Assembly (NCBI GenBank): GCA_040755455.1 | Contig: JBFMAY010000016.1 | Span: 16,199-80,198 of the forward strand | From: Thermodesulfobacteriota bacterium | GTDB lineage: Bacteria > Desulfobacterota > Desulfobulbia > Desulfobulbales > SURF-16 | DNA: 64,000 nucleotides | Direction: 5' to 3' | Shown: in pieces, positions 29,586 through 40,000 of the stretch | Numbering within the stretch: the first letter of the stretch is position 1 | How the letters are laid out: each line of letters begins with the position of its first letter | Program-made: the position numbers and the translations under genes | Notes under the pieces: generated by a model | What the model was told of the DNA's origin: nothing | Seen by the model: the letters and a program-made list of their open reading frames with translations, nothing else | The model's database searches: none

Positions 29586-31463
29586 CTACCTGAAAAACCA
29601 TTTTTTTATCTCAGCGGCGCTGAAAATTTTCACCACCGGCCGGCCATGGGGACAGTGGGAAAAAATATCCGCCTCTTCCATCTTCCTGAGCAGCTCTTCC
29701 CCCTCCTCGGGCAGGAGGATATCATGGGCCTTTACCGCTGCCTTGCAGGCCATGACGGCAAGCATGTCATCCATGCGCATGGCCGCCGCCCCTTTCGCCC
29801 TGCCCTCCCGGCTGAGGAAATGATCAAAAATCCCCTTGACGATTTCCTGGGGTCCCAGATGGCCGAGGATGGCCGGCACCGCCTTGATCACAAAACTCTG
29901 GCCGCCAAACTCCTGGATGACCAAGCCGATCCTGGCGATCTCCGGCCCGTGTTTTTTCAGCACGTCAATCTGCTCAGGGGTGCATTCGATCATCTCCGGG
30001 AAAAGCAGGGCCTGGCCAGGCAGCTCCATCTCCTGATACTGCTTTTTCAGCTGCTCAAAAAGCAGTCTTTCATGGGCCGCATGCTGGTCGATGACGGCAA
30101 TGCCCTCGTCCGTCTCGCAGAGAAGATAACACTGCATGAACTGGCCGACATATCTGAAACGGCGGCTTGCTTGCCTGCCCGGCAATTGGAAGGGGGAAGA
30201 TATTTTTTTCTGCTGGCTGCCTGCAGGGACGGCCGGCTGGTCAGCCGGAGGCCGTTCTGTTGCTGCCGGCCTGACAACTGCCGGTTTAGGCCGAGCCATG
30301 TCGGCAAAGGGAAGAGTGACTTCCGTTTTTTCCTGCCGGACCAAGGGGGGCGGTTCATTGAGCTGCCAGAAGCCGGCTGGAGACTGCGGCTGGTCAACCG
30401 GGCGGGATTTGCGGAAATTACCGCCCCCGCCGGCAGCCGGTCTGCCGAACACCGCATGCTGCATATTGCCCTGGTGGCGCTCCATGGCCTGGGCAACGGC
30501 CATGAGCACCTGCTGATGTATATTGCTGGACTGGTGGAAACGGATTTCCTGCTTGGCAGGGTGCACATTGACATCAACCAGCTCCGGTTCAAGTTCCAGA
30601 AAAACCGCGCCCGCCGGGCGGCGGCCCTTCATCAGGAAATTATGCAATCCTTCCGCCACCGCATGGTTGATCATCCGGTCCCGAACCGGCCGGCGGTTGA
30701 CGAAAATCCGCAGCCTGGCCGCCACCCCGACGGCTTCATCCGGCGGCAGCAGATAACCATGGAGCGACAGATCATCCAGTTGGCAGTCAACATGGATCAG
30801 CTCACCCTGCAGCTGCCGGCCCATGATGAGCTGCACCCGGGCGGCAAGGGTATCAACGCCTGCGGCAAAGGACCAGACATCCCTGCCGTCCACCGTATAG
30901 GCCAGGCCGAGTTGCGGCACGGCCAGGGCGCTGTTGATGATGATTTCATCTATATGGGCAAGCTCGGTGCGCGCCGTCTTGAGAAACTTTTTGCGGGCCG
31001 GCACATTGCCGAAAAGATCGCGCACCTCCATCACCGTCCCCTGGCTGCATCCCATTTCATGCACCTTGCGCAGCTGACCGAAACGGACCTCGGCCCGGTT
31101 GCCCAGCTCGGCGCCGGCAATTCTTGAGGTGATGGTCAGGCGGCAAACCGAGGCGATGCTTGGGATTGCCTCCCCGCGGAAACCCAAGGTGAGGATGCGG
31201 GACAGTTGTTCGGCGGTCTGCAGCTTGCTGGTGGCGTGACGCTCCAGGCAAAGGAGGATATCATCCTGGTCCATCCCCTCGCCATCGTCAATAACCCGGA
31301 TCAGTCGGTTGCCGCCGCCCTCCACCTCAACCCTGATCCGGCTTGCTCCGGCGTCAACGGCATTCTCGACAAATTCCTTGACAACCGACGCCGGCCGCTC
31401 GACAACCTCGCCGGCGGCAATCTGGTTGGACAGATTTTCAGAAAGAATTTTGATTTTTGACAT
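29586..31463 (-). CDS. mutL: DNA mismatch repair endonuclease MutL
   Basis: IAAGEVVERP, RHATSK, LGFRGEA, VDVNVHP, DQHAAHER, ACKAAVK, CPHGRP. Confidence 0.97.
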   Translation of the reverse strand: MSKIKILSENLSNQIAAGEVVERPASVVKEFVENAVDAGASRIRVEVEGGGNRLIRVIDDGEGMDQDDILLCLERHATSKLQTAEQLSRILTLGFRGEAIPSIASVCRLTITSRIAGAELGNRAEVRFGQLRKVHEMGCSQGTVMEVRDLFGNVPARKKFLKTARTELAHIDEIIINSALAVPQLGLAYTVDGRDVWSFAAGVDTLAARVQLIMGRQLQGELIHVDCQLDDLSLHGYLLPPDEAVGVAARLRIFVNRRPVRDRMINHAVAEGLHNFLMKGRRPAGAVFLELEPELVDVNVHPAKQEIRFHQSSNIHQQVLMAVAQAMERHQGNMQHAVFGRPAAGGGGNFRKSRPVDQPQSPAGFWQLNEPPPLVRQEKTEVTLPFADMARPKPAVVRPAATERPPADQPAVPAGSQQKKISSPFQLPGRQASRRFRYVGQFMQCYLLCETDEGIAVIDQHAAHERLLFEQLKKQYQEMELPGQALLFPEMIECTPEQIDVLKKHGPEIARIGLVIQEFGGQSFVIKAVPAILGHLGPQEIVKGIFDHFLSREGRAKGAAAMRMDDMLAVMACKAAVKAHDILLPEEGEELLRKMEEADIFSHCPHGRPVVKIFSAAEIKKWFFR

Positions 31464-31624
31464 TTACAGAACCACTGCGGCGACGGGTTCAACTGGAAAC
31501 GTTGCGGGGAAATGGCAGGCGCGGAGCAACGGCAACCGTTGCCGCAATCATAACCGCCGCCTGCAATACATCCCCGCGCCTGAACAATAACCGCGGGCCT
31601 TACGCTGCGAACCCTAAAGCTGCG

Positions 31625-32992
31625 CTATTTAAGATAACTGAGGATATGCAGTCCAAGCCAGCTCTCGTCCCACCACTCAATAGGATTCACCTGCACGCCG
31701 TTCACCAGCATGCTGAAATGGAGATGATCCCCACCCGCCATGCCTGTGGTGCCGGTGGTGCCAAGCACCCCGTCTTTTTCCACAAGATCGCCGACCGCAA
31801 CCTCAATGCCGGACAGATGCGAGTAGAGACTGCAAATGCCCAGGCCATGGTCAAGAATCACCATATTGCCGTAAATGCCCAGATATTCGGCAAAAACAAC
31901 CTTCCCCCGGTTGGCCGCCTCCACTTTGGCGCGCTGGGTTGAGGCCAGATCGATCCCCAGATGGACCTGCTTGTCGATCTCCTGGTCATTGTAGTAATAG
32001 GTGCGGTGGTCAGCATAGCCGGCCCTGGTGCTGCTGCGGGGCAAGCGCCCGAAACGGCCCTGCCAGAGCTGCTCAGGGATGGATTTGCTGCATATCTCGG
32101 CAATCTTCTTATTATTGGCGTCACGCACCTTGTTGTTGACATAGAGATACTTGTCCAGGTGGCTGCCGGTCATCTCGGGATAATACTGGGAAAACTCCGG
32201 GATTTTCAGATCCAGAAAACTATCGGGCACGGTTATCTTGTCAAATTTGAAATTCACCTTCTTGAAAAGCATGCCAAACGGGGCCTTGCCGATATTGCCT
32301 GCCGCATCTGCAGCCTCCACGTGGGCATCCTTGATCTGTTCGATATCGTAGGGAAGAGCGATGATGGCGCCGAACAGCTCTTTTTTGTTCGGTACGGGAA
32401 AGCCGGGATGAAAATAGCCGTTGACCATGACCCCGTGCCGTGTTACCGGCTCACTGATCTGATAGATGACCAGTCCGGCCCCGCCCGGCTTGATGTACTG
32501 CGGCGAATCCATTCTGGTCACCTTCGGCGGCTGGATATCAAGCGTCACCGGGAAAACAGTCTGCACGATGTTGCCGCGCAGCAGATTCCAGTAAGAAAAA
32601 TCCTGGGCGGTGAAAATGATTTCAGCGGCGCCGTCTTTTAACCCCAAGGCATGGGTATCGATACTGGCATGTCCCTCAATGCGGTTCGGGCCGGCTGACC
32701 TGAAGTGGCTCTGCCTGGTGAAATTCTGCTCATAAAGCAGCTTCTGCGCATCGCCCTGGCGGATAACAACATCAAGATGACGCAGCCCGCTTTTCCTGTC
32801 GGTGACGGCAAAATCGATCTGCCGCCGGGTGCCTATCAGCTCAAGCTTGCCGGCAACCTCAAGCTGCGGCTTTTCCCACTCAAGCAGCAGCACAAGGGCA
32901 ACAACCGCCGCGACCAGCAGCAGAAAGGCGATAAACAATAAAAAGGAAGGGAGCCTTCTTTTCGATCGATCCAATCGCAATGAACTTGCCAT
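31625..32992 (-). CDS. M23-family peptidoglycan metallopeptidase, membrane-anchored
   Basis: N-terminal TM; HLGIDLA, YGNMVILDHG, YSHLS, GDHLHFS. Confidence 0.92.
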   Translation of the reverse strand: MASSLRLDRSKRRLPSFLLFIAFLLLVAAVVALVLLLEWEKPQLEVAGKLELIGTRRQIDFAVTDRKSGLRHLDVVIRQGDAQKLLYEQNFTRQSHFRSAGPNRIEGHASIDTHALGLKDGAAEIIFTAQDFSYWNLLRGNIVQTVFPVTLDIQPPKVTRMDSPQYIKPGGAGLVIYQISEPVTRHGVMVNGYFHPGFPVPNKKELFGAIIALPYDIEQIKDAHVEAADAAGNIGKAPFGMLFKKVNFKFDKITVPDSFLDLKIPEFSQYYPEMTGSHLDKYLYVNNKVRDANNKKIAEICSKSIPEQLWQGRFGRLPRSSTRAGYADHRTYYYNDQEIDKQVHLGIDLASTQRAKVEAANRGKVVFAEYLGIYGNMVILDHGLGICSLYSHLSGIEVAVGDLVEKDGVLGTTGTTGMAGGDHLHFSMLVNGVQVNPIEWWDESWLGLHILSYLK

Positions 32993-33141
32993 CGTAAAAA
33001 CCCCTGGACCGGCGGTGCCGGAAAATAGTAAAAGATTGACACACAAATGCGCAACGGGGTGGAACATTACCACATCTGCCGGCAAAATAAAACCTTTGCG
33101 GCGCCACTTCTTTACGTTACATTCTTTTTTATTTTTTCATC

Positions 33142-34167
33142 ATGACAGCCGATAAACATTTCCATACCATCATCATCGGGGCCGGTCCCGGCGGGCTTGC
33201 CTGCGCCTCAAAGCTTGCGGAAAAGGGCATTGATGTCCTTGTGCTTGAGCGCAACCGGCGTATCGGCCCCAAGGTGTGCGCCGGCGGGGTCACCTGGTCA
33301 GGCCTGGCCCGCCATCTGCCTGACGAACTGATAGAAAAACCTTTCAGCAGTCAGCATATCCGCACCGGCCGCCAGCAAACGGTCATCGCCTCGCCGGAGC
33401 CGATTATCTCCACCATCAACCGGGAAAACCTCGGCCAATGGATGGCCGCCAAGGCCGCCCGCTCCGGCGCAACCATCATGACAGGAACCCATGTGACGGC
33501 TATCGGCGAAAAAGAGGTGATCGCCGGCTCGGCGCGCTTCACCTACGACTTTCTGGTGGGGGCTGACGGCAGCAACTCCCTGGTGCGGCGTTATCTGCAA
33601 ATCCCTGCGGTGCATATCGGCGCCGGAGTGCAGTATCTGGTGCCGGGCCACTTTGATGAAATGGTCTGGCATCTTGACCCTGACCAATTCGCCACGGGAT
33701 ATGCCTGGATTTTCCCTCACAAAAACTGCGCGTCGGTCGGGGCTTACGCCAACCGGGCCGATATGTCCCCAAAGGTTCTCCAGGAAAAATTACACCACTG
33801 GATGGTTGAACATGGTATGAACACGGTGGGACTGAAAGCCCGGGCCGCCACCATCAATTTTGATTACCGGGGCTTCCGCTTCGGCAACAGGCTGCTGGTG
33901 GGCGATGCGGCGGGACTGGCCTCGGGACTGACCGGCGAGGGCATTTATTCCGCAGTCTGTTCCGGTGAGGCTGCAGCCCGGACCATCATTGACCCCGACC
34001 ACAGGGATCCGAAACTTGCCAGGCTCATTAAAAAGCACCGGCGCCACAGCCGGCTGCTGCGCCTGTGCGGTGCCAACCGGCGGTTGGCCAAGATGATCCT
34101 GGAGTTCCTTGTTGCCGCGCTCAGAATGAAAATCATCCCTTTCCGCGCCCTGGAAATGGGGGAATAA
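33142..34167 (+). CDS. FAD-dependent oxidoreductase, geranylgeranyl-reductase family
   Basis: IIGAGPGG, KVCAGG, GADGSNS, GYAWIFP, VGDAAGL...GEGI. Confidence 0.88.
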   Translation: MTADKHFHTIIIGAGPGGLACASKLAEKGIDVLVLERNRRIGPKVCAGGVTWSGLARHLPDELIEKPFSSQHIRTGRQQTVIASPEPIISTINRENLGQWMAAKAARSGATIMTGTHVTAIGEKEVIAGSARFTYDFLVGADGSNSLVRRYLQIPAVHIGAGVQYLVPGHFDEMVWHLDPDQFATGYAWIFPHKNCASVGAYANRADMSPKVLQEKLHHWMVEHGMNTVGLKARAATINFDYRGFRFGNRLLVGDAAGLASGLTGEGIYSAVCSGEAAARTIIDPDHRDPKLARLIKKHRRHSRLLRLCGANRRLAKMILEFLVAALRMKIIPFRALEMGE

Positions 34168-34255
34168 TTCATAAAAATCCTTAAAAAATGAACTTTAACC
34201 CGTTTTTTGACCTCCTATACATCAACACCATGCAAACAGACAGGACAATTCCATA

Positions 34256-34528
34256 ATGGCAATAAGCACAAAAGCAAAAAAGACCTTTTTCTACAACCTG
34301 ATCTTCGTTGTCTTCTGCGGCGGCGTATTCTTTTTTCTATGGAGTGCTCCTCCGGAGACCACAGCCTTTCTTCCCCACGACGAGAAGCACGAACGCTTTT
34401 TCCCCATGGATAAAAAAGAGGCGGAAAAATTCTGTGAAAGCTGCCACAGGCCGGACGGCGAGGCGCCTCTGCCGCCGGACCATCCGCCCAAATACCGTTG
34501 TCTTTTCTGCCACAAGAGAACCAGATAA
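34256..34528 (+). CDS. Small membrane-anchored diheme cytochrome c
   Basis: N-terminal TM; CESCH and CLFCH; extra His residues (LPHDEKH, PPDHPP). Confidence 0.82.
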   Translation: MAISTKAKKTFFYNLIFVVFCGGVFFFLWSAPPETTAFLPHDEKHERFFPMDKKEAEKFCESCHRPDGEAPLPPDHPPKYRCLFCHKRTR

Positions 34529-34548
34529 CATCCTTGTCCGTCCCGCTG

Positions 34549-35019
34549 ATGAAAACCTCCGTCAACCTCGTCCTCGACACCCTGGCCAGAACCATGCAAT
34601 GGGGCCGCCATTTAGGCCAGCAGGCCCTGGCCGGTGATATTTTCACCCTGTCAGGCGATCTCGGCAGCGGCAAAACAACCCTGACCCAGGCCATAGGCCA
34701 GGGTCTTGCCGTGCCAGCCGGCTGTTACATCACCAGCCCGACCTTCAGCCTCCTCCACGAGTATCCCGGCCGTATTCCCCTGTATCATATGGACCTCTAC
34801 CGCCTGGCCACAGCCGATGAGGTTCTCGAACTTGGTTTTGAGGATTATCTCTACGGCGACGGCCTGACGGTCATTGAATGGCCTGACCGCCTGCAGGACC
34901 TGATGCCGGCCAGCCGGCTGGACATCAACCTCGCCTTTACCGGCGAAAACAGCCGCCAGGCTGTCCTCACCGCATACGGCACCATGGTGCCCCGCCTCAC
35001 ATCTTTCCTGCCCGAATAA
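34549..35019 (+). CDS. tsaE: tRNA t6A biosynthesis ATPase TsaE
   Basis: LSGDLGSGKTT, ITSPTF, YHMDLYRL, VIEWP. Confidence 0.95.
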   Translation: MKTSVNLVLDTLARTMQWGRHLGQQALAGDIFTLSGDLGSGKTTLTQAIGQGLAVPAGCYITSPTFSLLHEYPGRIPLYHMDLYRLATADEVLELGFEDYLYGDGLTVIEWPDRLQDLMPASRLDINLAFTGENSRQAVLTAYGTMVPRLTSFLPE

Positions 35020-35099
35020 AAAAATTGACTTTTCACCGATGAAAAGAAAATAATATTCTTTATTTACTGAAGTCGCAGCCTGACAACCCACAGGGGACA

Positions 35100-36221
35100 A
35101 TGGAAAGCAAACCGCAGATCACCATACTCATCGTCGACGACACCCCGATCAACCTGAAACTCCTGCAGATTTCCCTGGAGAGGGAGGGATACAAGGTTAT
35201 CTCCGCCGGTAACGGGGTACAGGCCCGGGAACTTGTCCTCAAATACCTGCCGGACCTGATCCTGATGGATATCATCATGCCCAAGGAGAGCGGCTTCGAG
35301 GTGCTGGAGAAACTGCAGAGAAACCCGAAGACCAATGCAATTCCAGTGATCTTTCTGACCGGCAACGATGATCTCTCGTCCAAGGTAAAAGGCTTTGAAC
35401 TCGGGGCGGTGGATTACATCGTCAAGCCGTTCAATACCACGGAGGTCCTGGCCCGGGTCCGGCTGCATCTGAAACTGAGCCTGGCCACCAAGGCGCTGGT
35501 AAAACGGCAGACGGAAAAGCTCAAGCAGCTGCATGATGCCCAGGCCGCCATGCTGGTGAATCCTCTTGATCTTCCCCGGGCCAATTTCGGCATCTACTAC
35601 TCTTCCCTGCTTGAAGCAGGCGGGGACTTTTATGACGTGCTGCAGGTTTCCGATAATATCTCGGTTTACATGGTGGTTGACGTCTCGGGCCACGATATCG
35701 GCACAAGCTTTATCACCGCTGCCGTAAAAGCCCTTATCCAGCAGAATTCATCGCTGATCTACAGCCCGTCCGACACCATGAAGATGATGAACAGCGTCCT
35801 CATCGATATTCTGCCAGAGGATAAATATCTGACCGCCGTCTATGCCCGCCTGAACCGGCAGACACTCATCATGTCCCTGGTGAACGCCGGCCATCCGCCG
35901 GTGCTCTATGTTCCGGTCAAGGGACCGGCCGAGTTTATCACCGCCCGGGGAACGCCGGTGGGCATCTTAAGCGATGCCTATTTCGAGACATGTGACATGA
36001 AGGTAAGCCAGGGGGACCGGTTCTATATCTACTCGGACGGACTGCTGGAAAGGGTGGGATCACGCCAGGTATGGACGGCATTGACCCATGAACTGCCGCC
36101 GCTGGTCGAGGAACTGCGGGATATTCCGGTCCAGCAGGCGGCAAAACAGCTCAATGAAAGGGTCCGCGCCCATAAGAGCGAGCCGGATGATGATATTGTC
36201 ATCATGTCCATCGAGGTCTGA
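35100..36221 (+). CDS. Response regulator with SpoIIE/PP2C phosphatase domain (RsbU-like)
   Basis: REC (LILMDIIMP) plus GGDFYD, DVSGH, NAGHPP, YSDGL, DDIVI. Confidence 0.92.
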   Translation: MESKPQITILIVDDTPINLKLLQISLEREGYKVISAGNGVQARELVLKYLPDLILMDIIMPKESGFEVLEKLQRNPKTNAIPVIFLTGNDDLSSKVKGFELGAVDYIVKPFNTTEVLARVRLHLKLSLATKALVKRQTEKLKQLHDAQAAMLVNPLDLPRANFGIYYSSLLEAGGDFYDVLQVSDNISVYMVVDVSGHDIGTSFITAAVKALIQQNSSLIYSPSDTMKMMNSVLIDILPEDKYLTAVYARLNRQTLIMSLVNAGHPPVLYVPVKGPAEFITARGTPVGILSDAYFETCDMKVSQGDRFYIYSDGLLERVGSRQVWTALTHELPPLVEELRDIPVQQAAKQLNERVRAHKSEPDDDIVIMSIEV

Positions 36222-36223
36222 GC

Positions 36224-36646
36224 ATGGAGGATTTTATCTGCAGAGAAAACAGCAACTCCATCTCCTGCAGCTTTTCCTCAACCCTGGCCAATGTCGACCG
36301 GGCGGTTGACACCATAAAAAATTTTCTGCGCAGCCGCGAGATCACCTTCAGCCAGTTCGAGCTGATGTTTGTCTTAAGAGAGGCGCTCAATAACGCCGTC
36401 ATTCATGGCAACGAAAAAGACAGCAGCCTGCAGGTGGACTGCAGCCTGCGCCTTGACCAGGATGCGCTCACCATTACCGTAACCGATCAGGGCAAGGGTT
36501 TTGACTGGCGGCGGCAGATGATAAAAAATCCGGTTTCCACCAGCACCCCTTCCGGCCGGGGGCTGAATTCCATGGAACGTTACGGTTTTGCCATGCGCTT
36601 CAATGATGCCGGCAATACGCTTTATTTAACAAAAAAAATCATATAA
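36224..36646 (+). CDS. RsbW/SpoIIAB-like serine kinase (anti-sigma type)
   Basis: EALNNAVIHGN, DQGKGFD, SGRGL. Confidence 0.88.
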   Translation: MEDFICRENSNSISCSFSSTLANVDRAVDTIKNFLRSREITFSQFELMFVLREALNNAVIHGNEKDSSLQVDCSLRLDQDALTITVTDQGKGFDWRRQMIKNPVSTSTPSGRGLNSMERYGFAMRFNDAGNTLYLTKKII

Positions 36647-36697
36647 TGTATACTGATGGATATGTCAGGATTTTAAAACCACCAAGGGAAAAAGACC

Positions 36698-37000
36698 ATG
36701 AGTCATATAGAAAGAAAAAACGGCGTGGTAACCATGAAGCCGGGGATAGACATTGTTGCCTCACAATGCGCCAGCCTGAAGCAGGAGTTTGTTGAAATCA
36801 TCAACAGCGGTGAAAAAAAAATCGTCATCGACTTTTCCGCGACCGAGATGATCGATTCATCAGGAATAGGCCTGCTTATTTCCATCCGCAACAGCCTTGC
36901 CAATTACGGCGGCGGCGAGATTGAACTGCTCAACCTGTCCGAGGATCTCAAGCAGCTTTTCAAGGTGATGAAGCTCGATAATCATTTTAAAATCAGCTGA
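36698..37000 (+). CDS. STAS domain anti-anti-sigma factor
   Basis: IDFSATEMIDSSGIG, containing the phosphorylatable Ser; 100 aa. Confidence 0.9.
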   Translation: MSHIERKNGVVTMKPGIDIVASQCASLKQEFVEIINSGEKKIVIDFSATEMIDSSGIGLLISIRNSLANYGGGEIELLNLSEDLKQLFKVMKLDNHFKIS

Positions 37001-37048
37001 ACAATCCGACCATGGCAACCTGCTCGAAAAAGCTCAGGAGAATGTGCA

Positions 37049-40000
37049 ATGCCCTTGATTGATGATGACGAAACCCTGCTGGCTTTTGTTGAAGAATCAA
37101 AAGAACATCTGGATGGCATTGAAGCCGACCTGCTGGCCATCGAGGAGGCCGGCGCCAATATTGATGCCGACATAGTCAACAAAGTTTTCCGCGCCGTGCA
37201 CTCACTGAAGGGAGGCGCCGGCTTTCTCGGCCTTGACAAGGTAAAGGAACTGGCCCATGCCTCGGAAAATCTGATGAACCTCATCAGAAACGGGGAGCTT
37301 GTGCCAACCCCCTCCATCGTCAGCACCCTGCTTGACGCCACCGATCTTCTCGGCAAGATGATAAGCAATGCCGCCGCCAGCAATGATGTGGATATTTCCG
37401 CCCATATCACGGCCCTGCAGAAGGCTGTCTCCGCCAATCTCAATGATGAGGAGAAGCCGACCCTGGAAAACACCGTTGCCCTGGGAACCGCCGACCAGCC
37501 GGATATCTTCAGCATCAGTGAGTTTGAACTCAATGCCGCCACGAAAGGGGGCAACAACCTCTTCATCCTCGAATACGACCTGATTGCCGATATCGAACAG
37601 CAGGGCAAAACACCCCTTGCCGTTATCAGAGAACTGCAGCAAACCGGCCAGTTGATTGACAGCAGAGTGGATATCGCCTCTGTGGGCGATCTGACGGCTG
37701 ATATCGCCACCATGCGGATTCCTTTTTTTGCCCTTTTTGCCACCATCATGGAACTGGACCTGCTGACGGGTTTTCTCGGCATCGACTCAGCCAAGGTCCA
37801 TGCCGTCAATACGGTGGAAGTTCTCTCGTGCGCCAAACAGGGTAAAGGGGAACAAGCCGCCCCGCCAACCCAGCCGGAACAGGCGCCGTCCACAGCACAG
37901 AGCACCCCCATACAATCAGGCCCTGCGCCCAAACAGCCGGCCGACGCCCCATCCACGCCGCCACCGGACGCGCTCTCCACCGGGGAGATCTCCGGGCAGA
38001 TGACCCATGAGGAGAGTACGGCGAAACCGGCAACCGGCAAAGCCGCGCCGCCTTCTGCGCCGAAGGAAGGGCTGCAGCTCAAGGCTGAAACCAATCTGCG
38101 GGTAAGCGTCAAAATCCTGGACAACCTGATGACCTTGGCGGGAGAGCTTGTCCTGACCCGCAACCAGTTGGTCCAGGCGGTTGCCTCCCGCAACCAGCAG
38201 GGGGTTGACAACGTTTCCCAGCGGCTTAATCTGGTGACCTCCGAACTGCAGGAGGCGATCATGTCCACCAGGATGCAGCCCATCGGCAATATATTCAACA
38301 AGTTCAAACGGGTTGTCCGTGATCTCTCCAGGGATCTGGGCAAAGAGGTCAATCTTATCATTGAAGGAGAAGAGGTTGAGCTTGACAAGACCATTATCGA
38401 GGCCATCGGTGATCCCCTGACCCATCTGGTCAGAAACTCGGTGGATCACGGCATTGAAGTCCCCGCCATATGCCTGCAGAACAACAAACCCCCAACCGGA
38501 CTGCTGCGCCTGAGCGCCTTCCACGAAGGAGGCCAGGTCATCATTGAGATTGAGGACGACGGCGCCGGCATCAACACGGACAAGCTGAAGGTCAAGGTGC
38601 TGGAAATGGGCCTCTATGACCGGGTCCAGTTGGAATCCATGTCCGCCAAGGAATTGAACAAGCTGATCTTTACCCCCGGCCTGTCCACGGCCAAGGTGGT
38701 AACCGATGTTTCCGGCCGGGGGGTGGGCATGGATGTGGTCCATACCAATCTCTCCAAATTAGGCGGCGTCATCGACATCGCCTCCTCGCTGGGCCTGGGC
38801 ACCACCATTACCATCAAACTGCCGCTGACCCTGGCCATTATCCCCAGCCTGATTGTCACCTGCCAGCAGGAACGTTTCGCCATCCCCCAGGTCAACCTGG
38901 TCGAACTGGTCCGGGTACCGGCAGGCCAGGTGAAGGAACGGATTGAAAAAATCGGCGACGCGCTGGTCATTCGCCTGCGGGGCGAACTGCTGCCCCTGGT
39001 CCACCTGCGCGAAGCCCTGGGCATCAAAAATCCGGTTTATCTTGATCCGGCAAGCCGGGAAATAAAAGATGAGCGCCGGGTGAATCTCTCCGATCCCCGC
39101 GGCGGCGAAAAAGGCGGGAGCACTCCCGCAGCCGATGAAACCACGCTCCAGCAGGCGGAATTCATTGAAAAGCGGCAGGGCGGCGACCGCCGTGTCAACC
39201 CCATGAGCGCCTATAATATCCTGGTCCTCGCCTCCGGTGATTTCCATTACGGCCTGATCGTTGATCAGCTCCTCGACTCCGAGGAAATCGTGGTGAAACC
39301 GCTGGGCTCCCATCTGCGCAACTGCAAATGTTATGCGGGCGCGACCATTCAGGGCGACGGCCGGGTTGCCCTGATCCTTGATGTGGTCGGCATCAGCGCC
39401 CAGATGAAACTGAACATGGTGGCGGACAAAGTGAAAGCGCAGATGCTGCAGATAAAAGACGAAAAGGCCGGAATGGAAGACTCGCAATCGCTGCTCATCG
39501 TCATGAATGGCCCGGGAGAACAGATGGCCATCCCCCTTGGTCTGGTTTCCAGAATTGAACGGATCAAAAACGCGGATATCACGGTAACCGCAGGCCGCAG
39601 AAACATCCAGTACCGCGGAGGCAGTCTGGCCCTTTTCGGCGTTGAGGAGGTGGCCAGCGTCGGCATGCGGGAACAGAGTGCCGAAGCATGCTATGTGGTT
39701 GTTTTTCCCATGGCCGGCCGTGAAGTTGGCATCACGGTCAGCGAAATCGTCGACATCCTTGACGCCAAGCTCAAAATCGATGATGTCACCCATAAACAAC
39801 CGGGCATTCTCGGTTCAATGATCATCTTTGACCGGATCACCCTGCTGGTCGATCTTTACGGGGTGGTGGCCGGCATCATGCCTGAATGGGCCCTTATCAA
39901 GAGCCAGGCTGATGCGGGCGAAGACAAGAAATTTAACATCCTCATCGTTGAGGACTCCCGGTTCTTCATGAACCAGATCGAAAATTTCGTGGTGGAGGCA

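Noticed and set aside
31464..31624. 6S RNA candidate
   Set aside because: The rod is too short and the gene context (zapA/ygfA/rny) is absent; kept only as an unassigned hairpin.
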